A stretch of 64,000 bases of DNA, from the NCBI GenBank assembly GCA_041664745.1, contig JBAYKD010000001.1:27097-91096 (forward strand), in the 5' to 3' direction. The position numbers and the translations under genes are program-made. The DNA is from Minisyncoccota bacterium (lineage in GTDB: Bacteria; Patescibacteriota; Minisyncoccia; Phycocordibacterales; UBA9973). Below the pieces are notes generated by a model. The model was not told the DNA's origin and made no database searches. It saw only the letters and a program-made list of their open reading frames with translations. Of the stretch, positions 52,907 to 61,629 are shown one piece after another. Positions within the stretch are counted from its first letter, which is position 1. Every line of letters begins with the position of its first letter.

Positions 52907-54613
52907 TTATATAAAAAGTTTAGCGAGGCGGATGTCTTCGAAGGAGAGGCTAGAGCCTTCTTTCTCGAGAATTAGTTTGATTGGATTTAATTTTCCTATT
53001 TCCTCCCCTTTCAACTTCTTATTTACTTTTTTTACTAGATCAATATTTTTCTGTGATGGACGGATGTGTGTGATGATCGTCTCTGGATATTCTTTCATTA
53101 TTTGTTCTATGTGGTGAGTGATTGTGCCGATTGTTAAGCTTCTCTCCTTAGCTATTTCTTTAATATTATTTCCCTTGTCTAATAATTCTTTTGTAATTAA
53201 AATAGTTGGGATTTTCGTATCAATGATTCTTCTCTTAAGCAAGGACCGTCCTTGCTTACGTGATTCTTGAGAGTGGTTTATATTTATGGTGCCCCCCATT
53301 CTATTTATGAATTCAACTTCAAGTAATTCTTGCTCGCCATTTTTAAGTTTCTTAAACATTAATTCGTTCTGGAAACTCTCATTTTTTAATTCTTGATCAA
53401 GCTCGAGAATCTTCGGATTTACTAGCAGAGATTCCTTGGTAAAACCTATTAAACATATGCCTGAAAGTGTCCTTACGCGGGAGAGGGCTACGTACCCCAT
53501 TCCGTAGGTAAAAGTGCTTCTAAGGTCAATCAGAGCGTTATCTAGGGACATTCCTTGGCTCTTGTGGATAGTTATAGCCCAAGCTAGCCTTAAGGGGAAT
53601 TGGGTGATGGAAGCCTTTATTCGGCCGTCTTCCTCTATAGCCCAGATTTCAGGTGCTACGACTACACTCGTGCCATTATAAAGTTTTACTATTGGATAAC
53701 CAGACTCAACTTCAAAGCCAGTAATTTTCCCTCGTGATCCATTTACATAACCTTTATCAAAATTATTTTTAATACACATTACCTCAGCGCCAACCTTCAA
53801 TCTTAGTTCTTCGTATGCTAGGCAACTCTTTTTTAAAATATCTACAATTATTTCGTGACCTTTTGAAGTCATATTATAAACTTTTTCTTTTTCATCTATT
53901 TGTGCAAGCTCTTCATAATTCTCTTTATCGACATTTATGTTGTGAGTATAGAGCTTCGTCGCTTTAATTCCCTTGAGTTCCCTATCTATACATTTGTCCA
54001 AGTACTCATAATGCTTTTCTTCCAAAGTATTTGTACGAATATTATTTAATATTTCAGTTAAGGTGTCGTCTTCTTGTCTGTGTTGTTCGGTCAGATAACA
54101 GATAGCAGGATTCAATATTTTCCATGCTTCACTTTCGTAAATCATACTACTCTTTCCATCTTCTTTTTTAGATTTCTCTACAGGTGGGAGTTGAAAGAAG
54201 TCGCCTGAGAGGATTACTTGGAGTCCACCAAATGGCTTGCCATTTCTCTTAAATCTTTTGCAAATTTTATCTACCATGTCCAGCTGGAAGCCGTGAAGCA
54301 TGGAGACTTCATCAATAACGAGGACGCGAGCCTTATCGAATCTTTTCCAAAGATATTTCTTTTCTTCGAGAGCTTCTAATTCGTGCTCTCCCATTACATT
54401 CTTCACCCCTATTCCTGACCAACCGTGAATAGTCATGCCGTTCATATGAGTCGCAGCGATGCCTGTCGAAGCTGTAACGGCGACAGCGATCTCGTGGTCC
54501 TCTAGGTAATCTATATATTTATTCAGAAGATAAGTTTTGCCAGAGCCGGCACTGCCTGTAAGGTAAATATTTACTCCAGTTTTCATTATTTTGAAAGCTT
54601 GCTCTTGGGTCAT
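52907..54613 (-). CDS. PIF1/RecD-like SF1 DNA helicase with a C-terminal helix-turn-helix module
   Basis: 568 aa. LTGSAGSGKTYLL, VLVIDEVSML, TIHKSQG, and the C-terminal ..IKEIAKERSLTIGTITHHIEQ. Confidence 0.88.
   Translation of the reverse strand: MTQEQAFKIMKTGVNIYLTGSAGSGKTYLLNKYIDYLEDHEIAVAVTASTGIAATHMNGMTIHGWSGIGVKNVMGEHELEALEEKKYLWKRFDKARVLVIDEVSMLHGFQLDMVDKICKRFKRNGKPFGGLQVILSGDFFQLPPVEKSKKEDGKSSMIYESEAWKILNPAICYLTEQHRQEDDTLTEILNNIRTNTLEEKHYEYLDKCIDRELKGIKATKLYTHNINVDKENYEELAQIDEKEKVYNMTSKGHEIIVDILKKSCLAYEELRLKVGAEVMCIKNNFDKGYVNGSRGKITGFEVESGYPIVKLYNGTSVVVAPEIWAIEEDGRIKASITQFPLRLAWAITIHKSQGMSLDNALIDLRSTFTYGMGYVALSRVRTLSGICLIGFTKESLLVNPKILELDQELKNESFQNELMFKKLKNGEQELLEVEFINRMGGTININHSQESRKQGRSLLKRRIIDTKIPTILITKELLDKGNNIKEIAKERSLTIGTITHHIEQIMKEYPETIITHIRPSQKNIDLVKKVNKKLKGEEIGKLNPIKLILEKEGSSLSFEDIRLAKLFI
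53236..53258. repeat. perfect 23-nt palindrome TAAGCAAGGAC C GTCCTTGCTTA, in frame inside the helicase gene
   Basis: Translated as RKQGRSLLK in the linker between the helicase core and the HTH module. Shares the AAGGAC-N-GTCCTT core with 61766-61812. Confidence 0.8.
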
Positions 54614-54620
54614 AGGGTAT

Positions 54621-54628
54621 ATTATAAT
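54621..54628. promoter_or_regulatory. palindromic -10 element ATTATAAT shared by two divergent start codons 21 nt apart
   Basis: TATAAT reads on both strands, 7 nt from the helicase ATG (54613) and 6 nt from the ATG at 54635. Confidence 0.5.
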
Positions 54629-54634
54629 ACAGAT

Positions 54635-54796
54635 ATGGACAAAGACGAAGAAACAATTAAAGAGGTAAAAGAACCTATTTGTCCTCGTTGTGGTCTACGT
54701 TCTTACGATGAGGTTTGCCAGAATTGTGGCACTCCTATTGTGGACAATAAAGACGACGAAGAGGAAGATACAAATTGGCGCGAGAAGTATAGATAA
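54635..54796 (+). CDS. small zinc-ribbon protein with acidic tails
   Basis: 53 aa. CPRCG...CQNCG. The ATG at 54635 is preferred over the track start at 54599. Confidence 0.65.
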   Translation: MDKDEETIKEVKEPICPRCGLRSYDEVCQNCGTPIVDNKDDEEEDTNWREKYR

Positions 54797-54832
54797 TCAA
54801 AAGCACCGCGACGTACGTCGCGGTGCTTTTGA
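54797..54832. terminator. 36-nt perfect GC-rich palindrome, bidirectional terminator
   Basis: TCAAAAGCACCGCGACGT|ACGTCGCGGTGCTTTTGA, immediately after the stop codon. Confidence 0.85.
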
Positions 54833-54838
54833 TTTGAT

Positions 54839-54901
54839 TTACTTTTTTACTACTTTCTTTGGTTTCTTAACTTCTTTTCTGTGACCATCTCCTTTTGCCA
54901 T
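54839..54901 (-). CDS. possible 20-aa basic peptide MAKGDGHRKEVKKPKKVVKK
   Basis: ATG ORF on the minus strand ending 6 nt before the bidirectional terminator. Speculative. Confidence 0.25.
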   Translation of the reverse strand: MAKGDGHRKEVKKPKKVVKK

Positions 54902-55029
54902 ATTATTTCAAGCAAAACAAATTATTTTATAAAAAACTAGTCTGGCTCCTCGTCCTCCCTCATCCGAGGACTTTTTTTAGAATATAATTTGTGAAGCTTT
55001 CTATTTATTATTAATTATTTTATTATACT

Positions 55030-56019
55030 TTATTTATTTTCACTTGAATAGTCCAAACTTGAAGTAATGATCATGTTTCTGTGACTGATGTAATAGTTAG
55101 TTGCGAGTATTCCCCCGATAATTACGAGAGTTATGAGCCCGTTGGTTATAAGGTCAGGATGATGATTCTTTATTCTAATTATTATATTTAAGATTAAGGA
55201 TAGAAGAATTATTCCGAAGATAATAAAGAAGATTACATTGGTACTATTGCGAGGTGAGGAGAATATCTTTTGTAGGAATGTTGGCGTAGTTATATTAGCT
55301 TTTGCTATTTCCGTATCTATTTCGGCACCCAAGACATTAGCAACCTCTTTTATATCTACAGTCTTAGCTACTTCGGTAATATTTTTAATTTCTTTTTGTA
55401 TTTGTGGCTTGATTATATTATTCTGTATATCTTTTAATTCTGCTGTTGGTGTCGGCATTGGGTTCGCATATACTTGAGCGACGAAGACCGTTTCTCTCCC
55501 TTCGTACATACCATTTGCTACACCTGTGCCCATCTCCGTATAGTTACCCTTCACGATATTTGCTTTGTGCGTAGGAGAGGCCATCCATGCATTGGTCACG
55601 TCTTGTGAGTCTGTAAAGTTCACAGCCAAGTTCTCACCAGCGTACTGGTATTCATAGCCGGCCTTTGCGAGCCAGTACCAAGGAGTCTTCCCTTCTGGGC
55701 TGGTGTGGGCAAAGTAGCCATACGTTGCCATATCATTTGCTTTCATTTCGGCTGCTTTGTTTAAAGTAGGATTTACCGCTAGAGTATTTAATTTTTGTGT
55801 TTGACGTTCTTCGTTGGTAAGGTTGGCAAGTATTGCTGGCAAGACTGCAGCCATACCACCAGTGTTATTTATGCGAGTGATAGTAGGGATAAGGAAAGTA
55901 AACACTTCCAAGAATAGAAGCACGAATATAACTTTGCGGATATTCTTGCTACGCAATATGTGGGGACGATTATCGTTCCCATCTTGTGGAATAAAGTGTT
56001 TTTTAAGCCAAGAAATCAT
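55030..56019 (-). CDS. CAP (SCP/PR1-like) domain membrane protein
   Basis: 329 aa from the ATG at 56019. GYFAHTSPEG, ENLA, WMASPTHKANIV, YTEMGTGVA. N-terminal and C-terminal TM helices. Confidence 0.85.
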   Translation of the reverse strand: MISWLKKHFIPQDGNDNRPHILRSKNIRKVIFVLLFLEVFTFLIPTITRINNTGGMAAVLPAILANLTNEERQTQKLNTLAVNPTLNKAAEMKANDMATYGYFAHTSPEGKTPWYWLAKAGYEYQYAGENLAVNFTDSQDVTNAWMASPTHKANIVKGNYTEMGTGVANGMYEGRETVFVAQVYANPMPTPTAELKDIQNNIIKPQIQKEIKNITEVAKTVDIKEVANVLGAEIDTEIAKANITTPTFLQKIFSSPRNSTNVIFFIIFGIILLSLILNIIIRIKNHHPDLITNGLITLVIIGGILATNYYISHRNMIITSSLDYSSENK

Positions 56020-56025
56020 GTTTGC

Positions 56026-56031
56026 ATTATA
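56026..56031 (-). promoter_or_regulatory. TATAAT box 6 nt before the ATG at 56019
   Basis: Minus strand. It lies inside the longer track ORF (start 56049), which itself begins only 2 nt after the upstream terminator. Confidence 0.5.
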
Positions 56032-56051
56032 CATAATAATTGCGTACATGT

Positions 56052-56088
56052 AAAGAAGAGCCCGAAGTTTCGCTTCGGGCTCTTCTTT
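56052..56088 (-). terminator. terminator of the giant surface-protein gene
   Basis: 16-bp stem AAAGAAGAGCCCGAAG/CTTCGGGCTCTTCTTT. Confidence 0.85.
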
Positions 56089-56103
56089 TATTATTTTGTA
56101 ATG

Positions 56104-59100
56104 TTATTTATTTAGCTCTGCTCTAGTCTTTGCTCCTATCACTCCATCCCCTACTAGCTTGTTTGCTATTTGGAACTTGATGACGGCGGCCTTAGTCTTT
56201 ACTCCAAAGTTTCCATCAGCTGTCAAAGTATATCCAAGAGTAGTTAAGAACTTCTGAAGCTCTATGATTTCATTTCCTTTTGAACCCTTCTTCATGAACT
56301 TTGTGAAGTTGAATTTCTCCGCACCGAGAACTTGTCCAATAGCTGGAGTTGTCTTCACAACTGGTCGCATATAACTTCCGCTAGCTCCATGACTATTGGT
56401 TGCAGTTTGAGTATAAGTAGCAAAAGTTGTAAAGTGTTTGGTCCAGATTACCATGTCAGAACCTACATCCATTTTACAATCACCTTCTACTGGGAATAGA
56501 GTACCAGAATTTATAGTTGTGCTACCTATATCAGCATCACAAGTATTTGTTATCTCTGTAAAGACTCCACCTCTAGAATATCCTGCAAATTTACCTGCTT
56601 GCCCTGGGATGAGAATACGAACTGCATTATCAAAAGTTAATTTGATATCACCATATCCAACTTCAATAACTGATAGAACTGTTGAAGTCATGCCACTATC
56701 TGGTGTTGCTGTGACCGTAGAGTTCTCTTTTACTGTTGGAGCATTGATTGTTCCATCCCAACCTGTTGGAGCAGTCACTACTGTACCTGTTGGAATTTCA
56801 ACTGTGACAGGAGTTGTTGATAAGCTTGTAGTTACATTCATTGTAATATCTGGAAGAGTTGCAGTAGTGTGAGTAAGATCATCAGAAGTTAATGAACTGA
56901 CATCAATCGTGGCGTCAGGAACATTTTCAGGAATAGTAATAGTAGTTGCAACTGTAGAATTTACTACGACTTCTTTCTGTGTAGTATTTACTGTAACAGT
57001 TGGAGCAGCAGCTATTTGAGTAGCTGGTAATATTGTAACACTGACTGAATAATTTTGTGTTGTAGAGTTTGCAGCAGTGACTGTATAAACTATAGGATGA
57101 GCTACTGAATCTGTGAAATCATGAGCTACCAGAGTATTTGGGCTAACAGATGCTCCAGAAATTGTAATTGTAGGAATGAGAGCTGTTATATTTGTTCCAT
57201 TAGGAACATTAATTGCAATAGTATAGTCAGATTCTTTCACTACACCTATAGCTTCTAGTGTTGCGAAACTAAATGCAGTAATTTCTTTTGAGTTGGATGG
57301 TGTAAGAGCAAAATTTGCAGTGGCAGATTTATTTGCAGTTACGTTTGTATCAGTTCTTGTTGCACTTGTACTATTAGTGTCGCTCCAATCTACAAAGTGA
57401 TAACCACTATTTGCTACTGCAGTAACTTCTGTTCCACTTGCGCCATGATTTACTGTTTGAGAAGCTGTTCCTGTAATACTTCCATGATCTCCTGCTGTAT
57501 AAGCTAGAGTGTAAGTATTAATTGCAAAGTTTGCAGTAACTGATTTGTTTGAAGTTACATTAGTCTCTGTTCTAGCAGCAGTAAGTATTCCATCACTCCA
57601 ATTTGTGAAGTGATAGCCAGTGTTAGGAACTGCGGTAACTGTTGATCCATCTCCACCATAATTTACTGTTTGCGGTGAAGTTCCCATAATATTTCCATGT
57701 GCTTCAGCTGTATAAGTGAGAGTGTAAGTATTAATTGCAAAAGTTGCAGATATTGTATGAGTGGAACTAATACTTGAGAATGTATATGTAGTTATTACTC
57801 CAACTGAAGATCCATCAACTAAGACATTTGCAACATGATAATTTGCATTAGGAGTAATTGTATATGTCTGACTAGACAAAGCATCTTTTGTTATTACGCC
57901 TGTTGGTGAGACTTCACCATTTGTTCCAGATGTTGCAGTAATATTATATGTATTTATTGCAAATGTTGCAGATATTGTATGAGGAGCCGTAACATTTGTG
58001 AATGTATAACTTGTAATTGCACCTTCTGAATGGCTGTCAACAAGTACATCAACTATATGATAATTTGTATTTGGTGTAATAGTGAAAATCTTACTTGTTC
58101 CAGAATCTATAGATGCAGTAGGAGTGATAGAGCCATGTTCACCAGCTGAAGAAGTCAAAGTAAATTGGTCGGCTGTTGCTCCGAATATTGCTGTCACAAC
58201 TCCAGAATCAACAACGTTTGTTGCTGTTGCTCCTGCTACTGTGAAGAAATCTGCTGGTACACCAGTTAGAGAATAACCAGTTTTTGGAGTTAGAGTAATT
58301 GTTGCTGTATAACTCGTACTTGGAAGGAAATGACTATCTGCTGGTGACCAAGTTACTGTTCCTGTGTATTGAGCTGTTTCAGTAATTGTTGTCACTGGAG
58401 TTGCATCATTTGCCGGTGTTGTTACTCCAGATATTGCTGGTGTTGAGATAGTCAAAGTGTTCATTGATGAACTAGAGTAATAAGGAATGAAGTCAACGTT
58501 TCCAGAAATTTTTGCAACGATATCAGCCTTAACGGAAGTTCCCCACCAGTTATTTTTGGCGTCAATCTGACTTATTCCATTATCAACATTCATAAAATGA
58601 GTTTGTCCATTAAAGGAGGAATGACTTACTGATACAACAGGAGATCCAATCTTTTCAAATCCTCCCACCTCTATTCCATTTACTCCACCATTAAAAACAT
58701 TTCCTGCTCCAATAGTTACTGAAGGATCAGATGTCTCACCATTATAAATTGCCACAGAAACCCCAGCAGTATTGTTGTTAAATGTATTATTTGTCAAAGT
58801 GGCCTGAGTATTAGGATCATCCCAAATTGAAATACCAGAAGAAGTAGACCCATCGATTGTAGCTACACCTGTATTGTCTGAAATAGTGTTATCAGATAAT
58901 GTTATATGTGCACCTCCCCCAATTTCAAATGCATAATCCAGCCAATTGCCAACTCCTTTTCCGGTATATGTATTTCCGCTATAAGTTCCAGTTGGAGCGT
59001 TAGCAGTGTAATATATTTGAACTCCATATCTTCCCATTTCACTAAATTGAGAATCAGTTACATCAACATTTCCACTTGTTAGAACTTCAATACCTGCTCC

Positions 59101-61629
59101 ATTGTAAGCTGGTCCACTTTCTTCATATTTTATATTGATAAACTTTACGTTATTTATGGAACCAGAACTTGAATCTACATATCTTATTGCTTGAAATATT
59201 TTATGTGTTAAACCATCCAAAGTAACTCCTTGTAAGTTAAATAGAGCATTGGAGCTTACTAAAAACCACCCCTTGGAATTTTCAGAATTTCCAGTATCTT
59301 GAGCCGGTTTAATAATCGTCGTTGCTTTATCTGCACCAATGATTGATATATTTTTATCAATAACAATTTGTCCAACTTCCGTATATGTTCCCGCTGAGAC
59401 ATTAATCGTATCACCAGAAATTGCAGCAGTAATAGCATCTACTATTGTTTCGTAACCAGTTTTTCTTGCTTCACTAGTAAGCATGACCGGACCAAATTCT
59501 GTACAATCAATATTTGTACACCATGGAGAATAATCTATATATTCTAATGTACCCGGAGTTGTGTTTGTTACTGAAGCTAAGTCAAAACCATAACCAGCTA
59601 ATTTACTTACAATGGTTGTTTTATCTGCACTTCCCCACCAATTGTTTTCTGCTTTGAAGTTAGTATCTCGATTTGCATCAGTATAAAGATTTACACGTGA
59701 GTTACTATAAATTTTATTATTACTGATATTATTATTCATAATGGAATAACCTGCTTGACTACTATTTCTTATATGTAAACCATCTTTGTTGGTAGTGAGA
59801 GTATTACCAGTTATAGTATTCCCACTTGAGCCCATCATTTCAATCCCAAAAGCAGTGTTCCCAGAAACTGTGTTGTCCGTCACTGTGTTATTACTAGATT
59901 TCCATAAATAAATTCCATTTGCTTCAAAATTAGAACTTTCTGTTGTTCCCGTAGCCCCACTTATTTCATTATCTGTTATAGTATTACTATTACAATCCTT
60001 ACCAATATAAACGCCGTCTCTAGCATTAGTAGTCATTGTATTACCAGAGATAGTGATTGTGGTAGAGAAAAGTGCAGCATTATAGGGAGAAACATCAAGA
60101 ACAATTCCATAACGTGCATTATTAGTAATAGAATTATTCCTTATCGTGCTATTACTTGCTCCTAAAACTGCAACCCCTGTTGCGTTGTTAGTGATAATGT
60201 TGTTTTCAACAGTAATGCCTGTTATAGAAGATCCGCCACCAACCAACCCAATGCCACCATCTGTAGTAATATCCGTTCCAGAATTTCTAACTGTAAAATT
60301 TTTAAATGTCACATTAATTGCTGTAATAGCAACAACAATTCCAGTAGTACCACTGCCATCAATAATAGTCGTGTTTTTATCAGCCCCTATTAAACTAATT
60401 GATTTATTAATCGAAAGATGTTCAGAGTATGTTCCTGCTGAAACATTTATCGTGTCACCAGGAGTAGCAGCTGTAATAGCTGCTTGAATGGTATCGTATT
60501 CTGTACCAGTATTTTGGTTTACAACGTTCTTTGTGTCTTCTGTTTCAAAGGTAGTGAAGTGGTCAGTAGTAAATATAAATATACCAGAATTAAAACCACA
60601 TCCAACACATACAGCGCCGATAGCTGGATAATTTGGATCTCCTAGTGGAATTATATTTCCAGAATTATTTTTTACTATAAGGTTTGGAGCGCCACCAAGA
60701 CCAGATAAGCCGTACATAGTAATAGTAGCTGGCAAATTTTTAAAAACAGATTCAGTTGTTCCAGATACATAAGTATTTAGGCCAATTTTTGCATAAGCTG
60801 TTCCATTTCCTTCAATATCTAATTTGTTTCCAGTTAATTTTAAATAATCAACAGTATTTTTATCTGTAAGATTTAATGGCCCAGCAAAAGCTATTTTACC
60901 TAAAGCGGTTGAAGGTGTATTTACATCTGTTCTCTTTTCAAAATATAGATTAGTTGCGGCGGATGGATTTTCTATTGAACCCATATTTGTTACAACTCTG
61001 TTGCCTGAAGAAAGGTCGCTTGCAATAGAAGCAAGGGTAGGAGGAACAGATGGAGACCCCGTTCCTGCAAGTTGCTCATGAGTCCACGCGATAGCATTAT
61101 TAAACCAGCCTTTAGTTGGGGTACCTGAGTTCCAAGTAGTTGGGGCAGAATAATCTTCCATTCTTCCAGATGAACCTATACTTGGTGCTGTTTGTAAATA
61201 ATTGGGCATATAAGAACCATTGGTTACGTTTCCATAAGTTACTCTGTTTACTGGAGTAGCTCCATTATAAAGCCCTATTGAATCACCAGGATCGTTAAGT
61301 CCTGAAACATCAAAAACTAAAATACCATTAGCTGGCAAAGTTCCAGAAAGTGAAATTAGTTCAACTTCAGTTGGGACAAGTGGTTGTATTGCATCTGGGT
61401 CGGTAAGCTCTGTAAGTTTCCATCCTGTTAGAGGAATATCAGAACTTGTGTTATTTAATAACTCAACCCACTCACTTCCGCTTGAAGGATGCGACATAAA
61501 TTCTGAAATTACAACATCTGGAACTGTAGCATTTGCCGTATTACTAACTAAAAATCCGCCGACTAGAAAAACCAGAGCGAAAAGAATCGTTCCGAGAAAC
61601 TTGAGATGAGATCTCATTTGTGTAAACAT
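56104..61629 (-). CDS. giant surface protein: signal anchor, lamin-tail (LTD) domain, two parallel beta-helix (PbH1/NosD-like) modules, four Listeria-Bacteroides-type repeats, Ig-like region, C-terminal PG_binding_1 domain
   Basis: 1841 aa. VVISEFMSHPSSGSEWVELLN (LTD); NNIITNNATGVAV.. repeats; two GDTINVSAGTY module starts; two NNWWG module ends; C-terminus GSKGNEIIELQKFLTTLGY..DGNFGVKTKAAVIKFQ. Confidence 0.9.
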   Translation of the reverse strand: MFTQMRSHLKFLGTILFALVFLVGGFLVSNTANATVPDVVISEFMSHPSSGSEWVELLNNTSSDIPLTGWKLTELTDPDAIQPLVPTEVELISLSGTLPANGILVFDVSGLNDPGDSIGLYNGATPVNRVTYGNVTNGSYMPNYLQTAPSIGSSGRMEDYSAPTTWNSGTPTKGWFNNAIAWTHEQLAGTGSPSVPPTLASIASDLSSGNRVVTNMGSIENPSAATNLYFEKRTDVNTPSTALGKIAFAGPLNLTDKNTVDYLKLTGNKLDIEGNGTAYAKIGLNTYVSGTTESVFKNLPATITMYGLSGLGGAPNLIVKNNSGNIIPLGDPNYPAIGAVCVGCGFNSGIFIFTTDHFTTFETEDTKNVVNQNTGTEYDTIQAAITAATPGDTINVSAGTYSEHLSINKSISLIGADKNTTIIDGSGTTGIVVAITAINVTFKNFTVRNSGTDITTDGGIGLVGGGSSITGITVENNIITNNATGVAVLGASNSTIRNNSITNNARYGIVLDVSPYNAALFSTTITISGNTMTTNARDGVYIGKDCNSNTITDNEISGATGTTESSNFEANGIYLWKSSNNTVTDNTVSGNTAFGIEMMGSSGNTITGNTLTTNKDGLHIRNSSQAGYSIMNNNISNNKIYSNSRVNLYTDANRDTNFKAENNWWGSADKTTIVSKLAGYGFDLASVTNTTPGTLEYIDYSPWCTNIDCTEFGPVMLTSEARKTGYETIVDAITAAISGDTINVSAGTYTEVGQIVIDKNISIIGADKATTIIKPAQDTGNSENSKGWFLVSSNALFNLQGVTLDGLTHKIFQAIRYVDSSSGSINNVKFINIKYEESGPAYNGAGIEVLTSGNVDVTDSQFSEMGRYGVQIYYTANAPTGTYSGNTYTGKGVGNWLDYAFEIGGGAHITLSDNTISDNTGVATIDGSTSSGISIWDDPNTQATLTNNTFNNNTAGVSVAIYNGETSDPSVTIGAGNVFNGGVNGIEVGGFEKIGSPVVSVSHSSFNGQTHFMNVDNGISQIDAKNNWWGTSVKADIVAKISGNVDFIPYYSSSSMNTLTISTPAISGVTTPANDATPVTTITETAQYTGTVTWSPADSHFLPSTSYTATITLTPKTGYSLTGVPADFFTVAGATATNVVDSGVVTAIFGATADQFTLTSSAGEHGSITPTASIDSGTSKIFTITPNTNYHIVDVLVDSHSEGAITSYTFTNVTAPHTISATFAINTYNITATSGTNGEVSPTGVITKDALSSQTYTITPNANYHVANVLVDGSSVGVITTYTFSSISSTHTISATFAINTYTLTYTAEAHGNIMGTSPQTVNYGGDGSTVTAVPNTGYHFTNWSDGILTAARTETNVTSNKSVTANFAINTYTLAYTAGDHGSITGTASQTVNHGASGTEVTAVANSGYHFVDWSDTNSTSATRTDTNVTANKSATANFALTPSNSKEITAFSFATLEAIGVVKESDYTIAINVPNGTNITALIPTITISGASVSPNTLVAHDFTDSVAHPIVYTVTAANSTTQNYSVSVTILPATQIAAAPTVTVNTTQKEVVVNSTVATTITIPENVPDATIDVSSLTSDDLTHTTATLPDITMNVTTSLSTTPVTVEIPTGTVVTAPTGWDGTINAPTVKENSTVTATPDSGMTSTVLSVIEVGYGDIKLTFDNAVRILIPGQAGKFAGYSRGGVFTEITNTCDADIGSTTINSGTLFPVEGDCKMDVGSDMVIWTKHFTTFATYTQTATNSHGASGSYMRPVVKTTPAIGQVLGAEKFNFTKFMKKGSKGNEIIELQKFLTTLGYTLTADGNFGVKTKAAVIKFQIANKLVGDGVIGAKTRAELNK
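57304..58164 (-). repeat. four tandem ~72-aa coding repeats (each ending A(T/N)FA(I/L)) inside the giant gene
   Basis: Units FTLTSSAGEHG.., TYNITATSGTNG.., TYTLTYTAEAHG.., TYTLAYTAGDHG... The recurring DNA string agtattaattgcaaa marks unit borders. Confidence 0.8.
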
